This document shows positions 39,023 through 48,532 of a stretch of DNA of 64,000 nucleotides, piece by piece. This stretch comes from an uncultured Clostridia bacterium. Its GTDB lineage: Bacteria > Bacillota > Dehalobacteriia > UBA4068. The notes under the pieces were generated by a model. It was not told the origin of the DNA. It did not search any database and saw only the letters and a list, made by a program, of their open reading frames with translations. How positions within the stretch are numbered: position 1 is the stretch's first letter; the number at the start of each line of letters is the position of its first letter. The translations under genes and the position numbers were made by a program. The stretch is taken from positions 431 to 64,430 of the forward strand of contig CALXRV010000058.1 in the NCBI GenBank assembly GCA_944390945.1, written 5' to 3'.

Positions 39023-39397
39023 TTATTTTTGCTTAATCTCCGCAATCGCATCCAGCTCCATGATCGCATCTCCAACCAAATCCTGAATCACCATCAGCGT
39101 ACGCGCCGGAGGATTTTGTGGGAAATACTTTGCATAAACTTGGTTAAAACCGGCAATCTGCTTTTTATCCGTCAAAATCGCCGTCATCTTCACTACATCA
39201 GCAAGCGTCAGGCCATGCTTGCCCAATACCATGCATAAATTTTTAATTGCCTGCTCAGTCTGTCCTTCAATACCACTCGGGAAAATCCCATTGCTCCGAT
39301 CCACCCCAACCTGGCCGGAAATAAACAGCAGATCACCAACTTTTACGGCCTCTGAAAATGGACGAACTCCTCCGGTAAATGCAAAAAACTCAGCCAT
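39023..39397 (-). CDS. ridA: RidA (YjgF/YER057c/UK114) family protein
   Basis: 124 aa. Contains ...FSEAVKVGDLLFISGQVGVD...TEQAIKNL...ARTLMVIQDLVGDAIMELDAIA. Confidence 0.8.
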   Translation of the reverse strand: MAEFFAFTGGVRPFSEAVKVGDLLFISGQVGVDRSNGIFPSGIEGQTEQAIKNLCMVLGKHGLTLADVVKMTAILTDKKQIAGFNQVYAKYFPQNPPARTLMVIQDLVGDAIMELDAIAEIKQK

Positions 39398-39513
39398 GCT
39401 ATATGCCCCCTTTTATCTCTCTATTATTCTTATTTTTCTATAAATTATCTAAATTTTTCTTAATTATAAATATCTGTTCTCAGAATGTCGAATATAAAAA
39501 AGGAAAACTTCCT

Positions 39514-39529
39514 ATAACGTTAATGTTAT
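39514..39529. promoter_or_regulatory. candidate LysR-type (T-N11-A) operator in the divergent intergenic region
   Basis: ATAACgttaatGTTAT, an inverted repeat immediately upstream of a TATAAT (39532-39537). The assignment is purely positional. Confidence 0.25.
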
Positions 39530-39749
39530 GCTATAATAAAGTATCATCATCCGAGACAACGCGTTTTCAGCTGCAGAAATCCAGCAGAAGTCCGCTCTCC
39601 GCTAACCACATCCTTGCGCCAACTATGGATAAAATAAATAGCTTTACGCACATTATGCCATGGCTAAAATGTTATCGTTATCGCCATCTGTCATATACAG
39701 ATACCCGTATTCAACTCCAGTGTAAAAGACATTCGAGGAAAATCGACCG

Positions 39750-40682
39750 ATGAATTATAATGATGCCAAATATGTACTTGCGATAGCCAAGTACAACAGT
39801 TTCAGCAAAGCGGCGGAACAGCTTTATGTTGCGCAGCCTTCTCTAAGCCGCCACATCAGCAATCTAGAAAAACAACTGGGCGTTACCCTTTTCGAACGTA
39901 AGCCCGGCCTGGTCAAACTAACCCCTGCAGGAGAAAGATATGCAGCTTATGCCAATGAATATTTAGCGCTTCAGACGCGCATTGATGAAGAATTTACCCG
40001 CCTTGCTGAAAATGCCCGTCATACCATACGCTTTGGTATCCCTACGCAGATCAGCTATACCATCTTGCCGCAATTACTCTGTTCTTTCCAACAGACCATG
40101 CCGAAGCTGGTGATCGAAAGCGTAAATGGTACAACCAGGGAACTAAGCGACCAGCTCTCCCGCGGAGAAATAGACGCAACTATCCTTGCGACGCCCATTC
40201 AGGAGCCGGGCTATGACTGTCTTCTGGTCGGCGAAGATCATATTTTGCTGGCTGCGCCGCCACAGCATGCACTGTTTCGTTCCGTTGATATCAATCAATA
40301 TACGCCGCCCAATTTCTTTCCACTGCGTCTGCAGGAAATCGCAAATGAGAGATTCCTGATTACCGAACAGTTCATGCAAAGCACCATTCAGCAGCTGCTC
40401 AACAAAGAAGGGATCACGCTTTGCCATCTTATGCGTGTCCCCAGCTTGTCTGTTGCTTGGGATCTGGCCGGGGCTGGCGTCGGCTTTTCCTTCATTATGC
40501 AGCAAATGCTTCGCGAAAAATCGCCGCAGCAACAGCCGGTTTATTGCTCCATTCTCTCTCCATTTGCAAAGATGGCCTTTTATCTGACTTATCATCAGAT
40601 TCAGCGGTCCCATAACCCACTGCTGGATAAATTTATTCGGCAAACGGAAGAAGTCTTAAACAATTATTTCGCAAAAGGATAA
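39750..40682 (+). CDS. LysR family transcriptional regulator
   Basis: HTH region YVLAIAKYNSFSKAAEQLYVAQPSLSRHISNLEKQLGVTLFER plus a LysR substrate-binding domain. It is divergent from the ridA operon. Confidence 0.9.
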   Translation: MNYNDAKYVLAIAKYNSFSKAAEQLYVAQPSLSRHISNLEKQLGVTLFERKPGLVKLTPAGERYAAYANEYLALQTRIDEEFTRLAENARHTIRFGIPTQISYTILPQLLCSFQQTMPKLVIESVNGTTRELSDQLSRGEIDATILATPIQEPGYDCLLVGEDHILLAAPPQHALFRSVDINQYTPPNFFPLRLQEIANERFLITEQFMQSTIQQLLNKEGITLCHLMRVPSLSVAWDLAGAGVGFSFIMQQMLREKSPQQQPVYCSILSPFAKMAFYLTYHQIQRSHNPLLDKFIRQTEEVLNNYFAKG

Positions 40683-40979
40683 TACCCGTCCTTTGCCCGC
40701 GCGGGTCGTCTTATCCCGCCGCATCAATATAATCTCTCCTGCCGCCTTGCCAATTCGCCAAAGGGTATTATGCTGGGTACATACAAAAACGTCTAATCAT
40801 CACAACGCGATAGGAAAAACAGGCCGCCCCGCTCCGCCTCTTCAGCATCCCGTTACTTTCTGTCCGGCAAAGACGGCTGTTGGTGCATAAACTGTACTTT
40901 TGCTGATAAACGCCAACCTTTTGCCCATAGTAGCCATCCACGCCTGCCCTGAGCAAATAACCTGTGATTTGACCATAAT

Positions 40980-41031
40980 ATAAGAAATGCCCCTTTACCG
41001 TACGATCCGTACGATAAAAGGGCATTTCTTA
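40980..41031. repeat. 52-bp near-perfect palindrome with internal direct repeat CCGTACGAT x2
   Basis: ATAAGAAATGCCCCTTTA-CCGTACGATCCGTACG-ATAAAAGGGCATTTCTTAT. The arms are 18 bp with one mismatch. It sits in a ~550-bp non-coding gap. Confidence 0.85.
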
Positions 41032-41241
41032 TGCGCCAATTCAGACGCAGGAAAACCATGCCTGGCAACCATATGCGCGACAAGATCAGAAAAGGCAAAA
41101 GGAAACAAGCAAACGGTCAACCGGAGTATTCCCGTTCTATCCCTGTTCTTTTGCAGGGATTATTGTGCTTATCCTTACTTTCTTTTGCGGAGGACACGCA
41201 AAAAACAACATGGACATGGGATCATCCGCTTAAGCAAAACG

Positions 41242-41886
41242 CTATTTAATCAAATGCAGAATATCCTTTTCCATACCCAGGATTAACAATATATCTTCCG
41301 GCTGGAAAACATAATCCGGCCTGGGCAACGGATTAAGCACATCATCATATTTTATCGCCAAAATGGTAACATGATATTTTGTCCTAACTGCCAGCTGAAC
41401 GATACTTTTACCGACCCATCCCTGCGGGACGGCGATCTCGTAGATCGAATACTCCGGTGTCAGCTCCACATAATCAAAAACATTGTCTGCACTGTAGGTG
41501 ACAGCGGCGCGAATCGCCGTCTCCTTTTCCGGATAGACGATACGGTCCGCTCCGTTACGCAACAGGAATTTGGCATGCACTTCCCGGCTGGCACGGGCCA
41601 GCACGAAACGTGCGCCATGTTCCTTCAGCAGGGCAGTCGTCTCCAGCGAAGCCTGGAAATCGTCACCGATCGCCACAACACAAAGGTCAAAATTCCGCAC
41701 ACCCAGCGTTTCAATAAAGGCATCATTCGTGCTGTCCCCTATCTGCGCATGGGTCACATAAGGGAGGAGATCGTTCACGCGGCTTTCATTTTGATCAATC
41801 GCCAGAACTTCATGATGCCGCTCATGAAGCTTCATTGCCATATGCCGACCGAAACGGCCCAGACCGATCAGCAGAATCGATTTCAT
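41242..41886 (-). CDS. ktrA: TrkA/KtrA family potassium uptake regulatory protein
   Basis: Trimmed to MKSILLIGLGRFGRH (Rossmann GxGxxG), with GAGGGGGA upstream. RCK N and C domains. Confidence 0.85.
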   Translation of the reverse strand: MKSILLIGLGRFGRHMAMKLHERHHEVLAIDQNESRVNDLLPYVTHAQIGDSTNDAFIETLGVRNFDLCVVAIGDDFQASLETTALLKEHGARFVLARASREVHAKFLLRNGADRIVYPEKETAIRAAVTYSADNVFDYVELTPEYSIYEIAVPQGWVGKSIVQLAVRTKYHVTILAIKYDDVLNPLPRPDYVFQPEDILLILGMEKDILHLIK

Positions 41887-41924
41887 TACAAATCCCCCTC
41901 GCATATCATCTCATCACTGGCTCA

Positions 41925-43265
41925 TCAACCCACAGATACCTGTTCCTGCGGCAAGCGCGAAACTGCCGGCGCCGGGCTGCCGGACACTGCGTAAAGCATA
42001 GTCAGTCCACCAACACGGCCAAAGTACATCAACAAGATCAGTACCACACGCGAAGCGGCGCTCAATTCCGTGGTCACGCCAAGCGTCAAACCCACCGTGC
42101 CGATGGCCGAAGCACATTCAAACAGCGCTGCTCCCGGCGCCAAGTCATCCCATAACATCAACAGCATGGCCCCGGCCAGGAATAGCACCGCATAAAGCGC
42201 AATCAACGTACAAACCTTTTTCAGAACATCCACAGGAATGCTGCGCTGAAAACAGGTGATCCCTTCCTCGCGCCGCAATACCGAACGCACACAGAGAAAA
42301 AGCACAGCGAGCGACGTTGTTTTGAAACCACCGGCTGTAGAACCGGTCGAGCCGCCGACCAGCATCAATAAAATCAGCACCAGAATGCTCAGCCCGCTTA
42401 AGCGGGTCAGATCCACCGAATTAAACCCCGCAGTACGCGGTGTCACAGACTGAAACAATGCACCCAGCAGACGTTCTTCTGGTTCCATCCCCTGCCAGGC
42501 AGGCAAAGCAAATTCATAAAAATAGAAAAACAGCGCGCCTGCCAGCAACAGCAGCAGCGAGGTACAGACCGCCAGCTTTGTCTGCAGCCGCCAGGCATGG
42601 ATGCGCAACTTATGCGTGCGGATATCGGCCCAGGTAAAAAAACCGATACCGCCGGTAAAAATTAGCAGCATAATGGGCAGATTGACCAGCGGGTCACCGG
42701 TAAATCCGGTCAGTGAGGCAAACGGCGTCTCGCGCCCCATCAGATCAAAACCGGCATTACAGAATGCAGACACTGCATGGAACAGCGCATACCAAAGCCC
42801 CTCCCCCAAACCGAGCAAAGGACAAAAGCGCAGCGCCAGCAGAAAAACGCCGATTCCTTCCAGCAAAAGCATGGTGCGGATAATAAAATTAGTCATGCGG
42901 ATAATGCCGCCCATTTGTGGTGCAGATAATGCTTCTTGCATAATAAAACGCTGTCGCAGGCCAATACGGCGGCCGGTGACCACAGAAACAGCAATCGCCA
43001 TCGTTACCACGCCCATGCCGCCGATCTGGATCAACAGCAGGATCACCGCCTGCCCAAACCAAGACCAGTAAGAATAGGTATCATAAACGACCAACCCTGT
43101 CACGCATACCGCCGACCCAGCGGTAAACAGCGCGTCCAAAAATGGGGTAACGACGTGCTCGCGCGTGGAGATAGGCAGCATCAACAAAAAAGCGCCCAAC
43201 AGAATCAGCAAAAGAAAACTTATACTGATGATATGCGATGGCGCCAAACGTTCAAAGCTTTTCAT
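41925..43265 (-). CDS. ktrB: TrkH/KtrB family potassium uptake membrane protein
   Basis: Trimmed to MKSFERLAP, with GGGGAGGG upstream. Polytopic protein with repeated selectivity-filter-like CNAGF and TVGLT motifs. Confidence 0.85.
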   Translation of the reverse strand: MKSFERLAPSHIISISFLLLILLGAFLLMLPISTREHVVTPFLDALFTAGSAVCVTGLVVYDTYSYWSWFGQAVILLLIQIGGMGVVTMAIAVSVVTGRRIGLRQRFIMQEALSAPQMGGIIRMTNFIIRTMLLLEGIGVFLLALRFCPLLGLGEGLWYALFHAVSAFCNAGFDLMGRETPFASLTGFTGDPLVNLPIMLLIFTGGIGFFTWADIRTHKLRIHAWRLQTKLAVCTSLLLLLAGALFFYFYEFALPAWQGMEPEERLLGALFQSVTPRTAGFNSVDLTRLSGLSILVLILLMLVGGSTGSTAGGFKTTSLAVLFLCVRSVLRREEGITCFQRSIPVDVLKKVCTLIALYAVLFLAGAMLLMLWDDLAPGAALFECASAIGTVGLTLGVTTELSAASRVVLILLMYFGRVGGLTMLYAVSGSPAPAVSRLPQEQVSVG

Positions 43266-43308
43266 GAGTCCCTCCCCGCCCGGAATATTGTATCTCTCCG
43301 TTTTATCG

Positions 43309-44643
43309 TCAGCTATGCGCTGTTGCAACCACCCGCTCAGTCAGCAGCACCTCTCCCGACCGGCGCAGCACACGCACGCTGCAGCACGGCGGCGTAGGAT
43401 CCGCTTCCACCGGCAGCAGCAGCGTAAGGTAGTTGCCGCTATGCCCGCGCCAACAGGGTGTCCCCTCCCATTCAACCTGCTCCTCAGCCAGAAAATCCAA
43501 CGCTTGACCGATCCAGCGGTCCGCATACGCCGCTGCCGCATCCGAGGCACAGGCAGCCAAAGCTGCGGCGCGCTTCGCTTTCAGCGCCTGAGGAACCTGG
43601 TGCGGCAGCGCAGCAGCCTTTGTTCCAGCACGCCGGGAATAGGGGAACACATGCATGCCGGCAAAACCACAACTGCGACAGAACTCCAGCGAAGCAGCAT
43701 GGTCTGTCGGCGTCTCCCCTGGATAGCCGGTCATCACGTCTGTAGTGAAGGCAATATCTCCACCCGTCTGGCGCAAACGCTGTAACAACGCCGCATAAAA
43801 CGCCGTATCATAATGCCGTCCCATAGCTGCCAGCGTCCTGTCACAACCGGATTGCAACGGAATATGCAGATGGCGGCACAGCTTTTCCTCACTGCCGATC
43901 AGCGCGATCAATGCATCGTCAAACTGCTGCGGCTCAATGCTGCCCAAGCGCAGCCGCAGCAGGCCTGGCAGCGCGCAAAGCCGGCGAATCAACTCCACCA
44001 GCGCATCAGGCTGTTCCAAATCCTGCCCGTAAGCGCCGATATGGATGCCGGAGAGCACGATCTCGCGATGTCCCTGCTGCAGGAGCAGCTCTGCCTGCTG
44101 CAAGGCCAGCTCCGGCTGCAGGCTGCGCACCGGACCGCGCACATAGGGAATGATGCAGTAATGGCAGAACTGGTCGCAGCCATCCTCGATCTTCAAATAT
44201 GCCCGGGCACGGTGCTGTCCGCTGCCAGCCGCAATACGCTGAAACTGGCGTACCGCGGCGATCGGCGCCACCGCGCGCTGTTGCCCGCCGCTTGCCAGAT
44301 AGTCCGCCACCAGCTGCGGCAATCGCCTGCGCTCCTCAACGCCGGCCACGATAGCCACACCAGGTAACGCAGCCACCTCATCCGCCGCGCGCTGCGCATA
44401 GCAGCCGCAGACCACGATCATCGCCCGCGGATAACAGCGGTGCAGGCGACGAATCAGGTTGCGCGCCTTCTTATCCGCGATCTGCGTCACCGTGCATGTA
44501 TTGATGATAATAAGATCCGCAGCCGATACATCTGCCTCCTGCCAGCCAGCCTGACTAAACAGAGCAGCAACCGCGCTGCCTTCTTCCTGATTCACCTTAC
44601 AACCAAAATTACAGATACAAAACCTGCGTGGCAGATCATTCAT
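43309..44643 (-). CDS. mtaB: tRNA (N6-threonylcarbamoyladenosine37-C2)-methylthiotransferase MtaB-like radical SAM enzyme
   Basis: Trimmed to MNDLPRRFCICNFGCKVNQEE (UPF0004 N-domain Cys). Radical SAM motif CDQFCHYC and a C-terminal TRAM-like domain. Follows prmA as in Firmicutes dnaK-region operons. Confidence 0.75.
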   Translation of the reverse strand: MNDLPRRFCICNFGCKVNQEEGSAVAALFSQAGWQEADVSAADLIIINTCTVTQIADKKARNLIRRLHRCYPRAMIVVCGCYAQRAADEVAALPGVAIVAGVEERRRLPQLVADYLASGGQQRAVAPIAAVRQFQRIAAGSGQHRARAYLKIEDGCDQFCHYCIIPYVRGPVRSLQPELALQQAELLLQQGHREIVLSGIHIGAYGQDLEQPDALVELIRRLCALPGLLRLRLGSIEPQQFDDALIALIGSEEKLCRHLHIPLQSGCDRTLAAMGRHYDTAFYAALLQRLRQTGGDIAFTTDVMTGYPGETPTDHAASLEFCRSCGFAGMHVFPYSRRAGTKAAALPHQVPQALKAKRAAALAACASDAAAAYADRWIGQALDFLAEEQVEWEGTPCWRGHSGNYLTLLLPVEADPTPPCCSVRVLRRSGEVLLTERVVATAHS

Positions 44644-45610
44644 AAGCCGCCACCGCCACATAGGAGACCCAGTCCCCAACCTGGCGCTGCCCGATGATCG
44701 CCAAACCAGCGTAGATCAAGGACTTTGCCACCGGGCCGGCATAGTCCGCCAGGATGCCGCTGGCGATAAAATAACCGCCCGGCGCCATGAAACGGCCGGC
44801 CACCCCAGCCAGGTCACGCAGCACCTCGGCATTGATATTTGCCAGCACGAGCTGCCCCTTCTCCCGCCGCAGACTGCGCTGCAGCCTGTCATCTGCCAGA
44901 ATATCCGCCGCATAAAAGCGCAGTCGCTCCGCAGGAAGATCATTGATCCGCAAATGCTCTGCAACCGCCGGACCGCAGACCTCGTCGATATCCACAGCAA
45001 TCGCCTCAGACGCGCCCAGTTTAAGCGCAGCAATGGCCAAAATGCCGCTGCCGCAGCCAAAATCTACCACGCGCTCGCCCGGCTGCAAATATTCCTCAAT
45101 CAATTCCAAAGCCATCTCTGTCGTCGGATGATCGCCTGTGCCGAAAGCCATGCCCGGATTAACGTTGATCGGAATCCTCCCTTCCGGCGGCGGCGTTTCA
45201 TCCCAGTAGGGGCGAATCCACAATCGGTCGCCCACCGGCCGGGCAACAAAACCTTCTTTCCATTTTTCCTGCCAATCCTGCGGTGGCACGACATCACAAT
45301 AAATATCGACATCCGGCAGACCACCGGCTTCCGCCAGCACAGCCTCTGCCATCGCGCGGCCAGCTGCATCAAGCGGCGTCAGCGCGCGCAGGCTCACGCG
45401 CGCAGTCGGCAGCTCCTGTCCGTCAAAGACAGAGGCATCCCAGTCTCCGGCTGCCAGATGGCGCATGATAATCGCATTATCCGCCACCTCCACACCTTCC
45501 GCCCCCAGATCGAACAGGAGCATGGTCAGCCGTTCTTCCAGTTCACGAGGTGCCTCCAGGCGGATCTCGATATATTCCGTCGGCGCAGCCTGCTTTTGAT
45601 ATTCGGTCAT
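44636..45610 (-). CDS. prmA: ribosomal protein L11 methyltransferase
   Basis: Trimmed to MTEYQKQAAPTEYIEIRL, with AGGAGAG upstream. Contains INPGMAFGTGDHPTT and VVDFGCGSGILAIAA. Confidence 0.85.
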   Translation of the reverse strand: MTEYQKQAAPTEYIEIRLEAPRELEERLTMLLFDLGAEGVEVADNAIIMRHLAAGDWDASVFDGQELPTARVSLRALTPLDAAGRAMAEAVLAEAGGLPDVDIYCDVVPPQDWQEKWKEGFVARPVGDRLWIRPYWDETPPPEGRIPINVNPGMAFGTGDHPTTEMALELIEEYLQPGERVVDFGCGSGILAIAALKLGASEAIAVDIDEVCGPAVAEHLRINDLPAERLRFYAADILADDRLQRSLRREKGQLVLANINAEVLRDLAGVAGRFMAPGGYFIASGILADYAGPVAKSLIYAGLAIIGQRQVGDWVSYVAVAAYE

Positions 45611-45684
45611 ATTCTCTCCTTCAACGGCAGGCCTGTCGCGCTGCGCAGGCACAACCGCAATTCATATGCATCGGCTTTGTCTCT

Positions 45685-46626
45685 TTATTTCTCCGTTGAC
45701 AACGCAGCCTCCTGCTTTTGATGGACAGCCTTACGCGGCGAGCGGTTAACGCCATATAAACCGACAAGGATCATCAGACAGCCTGCTGCCTGGGCAGGAC
45801 CGAACGGTTCCTGCAAAAAAACAACGCCGGCACAAACCGAAACCACGGTCGTCCAGTTGGCGAAGATGGAAGCACGTGTGATCGTCAAATACGTCAGCGC
45901 ATAATTATACAGCATATAAGCGGTGGCAGAAGAAAGCAGCCCCAGATAAAGCACCGGCACGACAAAGTTCGGCGTATGCCACGGCTGCAGCAAGGCCTGG
46001 ATATCCCCCTGATTTTCCGCCAGCGCCAAAAATGTAAAAAAGATGAAACCCATCGTAAACGCGGCATAAGTACGTTCGAATGGGCTGAATTCATCCGAGA
46101 TCCAGCGGCTGATCACATTAAAACCGACTGCAGCGGCGATAGCGCCGAGCAAAGCCAGGAAACCAAGCAAGCTGACGGTTCCATTGCTGCTGCCGATCAA
46201 CGAGATCAGGATAACGCCGCTAATCGAGAGCAGCGCAAACAGCGTTTGCGCCAGGCTTGCTTTCTCGTGCAGGAACAGCGTGCCGAACAGCAGGGAAAAA
46301 ATCGGAATCAGCGCGATCATCACTGCGGAAAAGGAGGCGTTGGTCAGCTGTACTCCCCAGCTTTCGCAAAGAAAATAGATCAGCGGTTCGAACAGGGCGA
46401 GCAACAGCAGCCGCGGCCAACGCTTGCTCCGCAGCCGGAAAGAAAAACGTCCGCTGCAAGCCATTACGCTCAAGGCCAGCCAGGCAACAAAAAAACGGTT
46501 GGCCAGCACCACGCTCAACGGTGCTACGGTAAAAGCGATGCGTGAAAACATAAAGCTGAATCCAAATATCGTACAGCAGAACATCCCAGCCAGCATCGCC
46601 CGCCATTCCTGGGAAAGCCCGGTCAT
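45685..46626 (-). CDS. DMT superfamily (EamA-like) transporter
   Basis: 313 aa with ~10 hydrophobic segments in two EamA-type halves. Confidence 0.7.
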   Translation of the reverse strand: MTGLSQEWRAMLAGMFCCTIFGFSFMFSRIAFTVAPLSVVLANRFFVAWLALSVMACSGRFSFRLRSKRWPRLLLLALFEPLIYFLCESWGVQLTNASFSAVMIALIPIFSLLFGTLFLHEKASLAQTLFALLSISGVILISLIGSSNGTVSLLGFLALLGAIAAAVGFNVISRWISDEFSPFERTYAAFTMGFIFFTFLALAENQGDIQALLQPWHTPNFVVPVLYLGLLSSATAYMLYNYALTYLTITRASIFANWTTVVSVCAGVVFLQEPFGPAQAAGCLMILVGLYGVNRSPRKAVHQKQEAALSTEK

Positions 46627-46654
46627 GCAAAACTCCTTTCCGTCCCGCCAAGGC

Positions 46655-46697
46655 AGGACAAAGCAGGGCCCGGCTCGCAGCGAGGAAGGCCCTGCTC
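46655..46697 (-). terminator. putative intrinsic terminator after pck
   Basis: Minus strand GCAGGGCC-...-GGCCCTGC followed by TTTG; the U-tract is weak. Confidence 0.4.
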
Positions 46698-46741
46698 TTC
46701 AATCTTTTTCAACCGGCGGCAGAATCGCCGTCAGTCCAGTC

Positions 46742-48532
46742 TCATGCTTTGAGACGCTGTTCCATCGCCTCGACTTCTGCAAGCAGCTCTTTTGGCATCG
46801 CTTCGCCAATCTTGGCATAGAACTCACGAATGCTCTTGATGTCTTCCAGCCAGTAAGGCGCTTCCACCGTCAGAATGCTCTTCAGATCTTCGATGCCGAA
46901 CTTATGTCCTTCGCTGATCGTATAATCGAGCCCTTCCAGATTGATATCTTCCGCATAGGGGACATAGCCGATCGCGGTTTCCTGTGCATCGACTTCACCA
47001 GCGCAGCGCTTGAGGATCCATTCCAGCACACGGAAGTTGTCGCCAAATCCCGGCCAGAGGAAATGCCCTTCGTCATCCAAACGGAACCAGTTGACGTTGA
47101 AAATCTTCGGCAGCTTGTCCGCATCCGTCTTTTTGCCCATATCCAGCCAATGCTGGAAGTAATCGCCCATATTGTAACCACAGAAAGGCAGCATGGCCAT
47201 CGGGTCGCGGCGGACGACGCCCACTGCGCCGCTGGCAGCAGCCGTAGTCTCGGAAGCCATGATCGAACCGACAAATACGCCGTGCTCCCAATCGCGAGAC
47301 TGGTAAACGAGCGGAGCGGTCTTAGCGCGGCGGCCGCCAAAGACGATCGCGGAAAGCGGAACACCATTCGGATTTTCCCATTCCGGCGAAATGCACGGGC
47401 AATTACGTGCCGGTGCGGTAAAGCGGGAATTGGGATGTGCGCCCTTGCTGCCATCATCCGGATTCCACGGCTCACCTTTCCAGTTCTCCACACCATGCGG
47501 CGGGTTCTTGTCCAGGCCTTCCCACCATACCGTGCCGTCCTTCTTCAGCACGACATTGGTAAAGATCGTGCCTTCCCGCGTGCAGGCCAGGGCGTTCGGA
47601 TTCGATTTTTCATTCGTGCCCGGCGCTACGCCGAAGAACCCAGCCTCTGGGTTCTGCGCATAGAAGCGGCCATCTTTGCCAATGCGGATCCAGGCGATAT
47701 CGTCGCCGACCGTCCAGACTTTGTAGCCCTTAGCACGATAACCTTCCGGCGGAATCAGCATAGCCAGATTCGTCTTGCCGCAGGCAGAGGGGAAAGCAGC
47801 CGCAATGTATTTCGTTTCACCCTGCGGATTCTCCACACCAAGAATCAGCATATGTTCGGCCATCCAGCCTTCCTTCCAACCCTGGTAAGAAGCGATACGC
47901 AGCGCAAAGCATTTTTTGCCCAGCAGGACGTTTCCGCCATAACCGCTGTTGCAGGAGCGGATGGCATTATCTTCCGGGAACTGCAAGATGTAGCGTTTTT
48001 CTTCATCCAGCTCGCATTTGCTGTGCAGGCCACGCACAAAATCATCGCTGTCGCCCAGCGCAGCAAGCACCTTTTCCCCGACACGGGTCATAATCGCCAT
48101 ATTGAGCACGACATAAATGCTGTCCGTAATCTCAATGCCGACCTTGGAAAAGGGCGAGCCCACCACGCCCATCGAAAACGGGATCACATACATCGTATGA
48201 TCCTGCATCGAACCGGCCATGATCTCGTCGGTCATCGCATATGCCTCTGCAGGCGCCATCCAGTTATTCGTCGCACCGGCATTCTCTTTCGTGCCGCTGC
48301 AGATGAAGGTACGGGCTTCTACGCGCGCCACGTCATTGACGGCAGTGCGGTGATAGTAGCAGTTCGGCAGCTTTTCCTGATTCAGGCGAACGATCTCACC
48401 GGTACTGACGGCCTCTTCACGCAGAGCTTCCAGCTGCGCCTCACTGCCGTCGATCCAGACGATGTTTTTTGGCTGCAACAGCTCGGCGGATTCTGCCACA
48501 AATTGGTTCACGCGACTGTTGGTGCATTCCAT
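46742..48532 (-). CDS. pck: phosphoenolpyruvate carboxykinase (GTP)
   Basis: 596 aa. Has the GTP-PEPCK P-loop AAAFPSACGKTNLAML, WPGFGDNFRVLEWI and an overall PEPCK-GTP layout. Confidence 0.9.
   Translation of the reverse strand: MECTNSRVNQFVAESAELLQPKNIVWIDGSEAQLEALREEAVSTGEIVRLNQEKLPNCYYHRTAVNDVARVEARTFICSGTKENAGATNNWMAPAEAYAMTDEIMAGSMQDHTMYVIPFSMGVVGSPFSKVGIEITDSIYVVLNMAIMTRVGEKVLAALGDSDDFVRGLHSKCELDEEKRYILQFPEDNAIRSCNSGYGGNVLLGKKCFALRIASYQGWKEGWMAEHMLILGVENPQGETKYIAAAFPSACGKTNLAMLIPPEGYRAKGYKVWTVGDDIAWIRIGKDGRFYAQNPEAGFFGVAPGTNEKSNPNALACTREGTIFTNVVLKKDGTVWWEGLDKNPPHGVENWKGEPWNPDDGSKGAHPNSRFTAPARNCPCISPEWENPNGVPLSAIVFGGRRAKTAPLVYQSRDWEHGVFVGSIMASETTAAASGAVGVVRRDPMAMLPFCGYNMGDYFQHWLDMGKKTDADKLPKIFNVNWFRLDDEGHFLWPGFGDNFRVLEWILKRCAGEVDAQETAIGYVPYAEDINLEGLDYTISEGHKFGIEDLKSILTVEAPYWLEDIKSIREFYAKIGEAMPKELLAEVEAMEQRLKA

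Noticed and set aside
40768-41098. Small ORFs (81-85 aa) in the lysR-ktrA gap, including mirror-image peptides MPLYRTIRTIKGHFL / MPFYRTDRTVKGHFL
   Set aside because: The mirror-image peptides are simply the two strands of the 52-bp palindrome. There is no RBS and no family resemblance, so they are treated as non-coding.
43266-43308. c-di-AMP (ydaO-type) riboswitch upstream of ktrB
   Set aside because: The gap to mtaB is only 43 nt and contains just the RBS, which leaves no space for a riboswitch.
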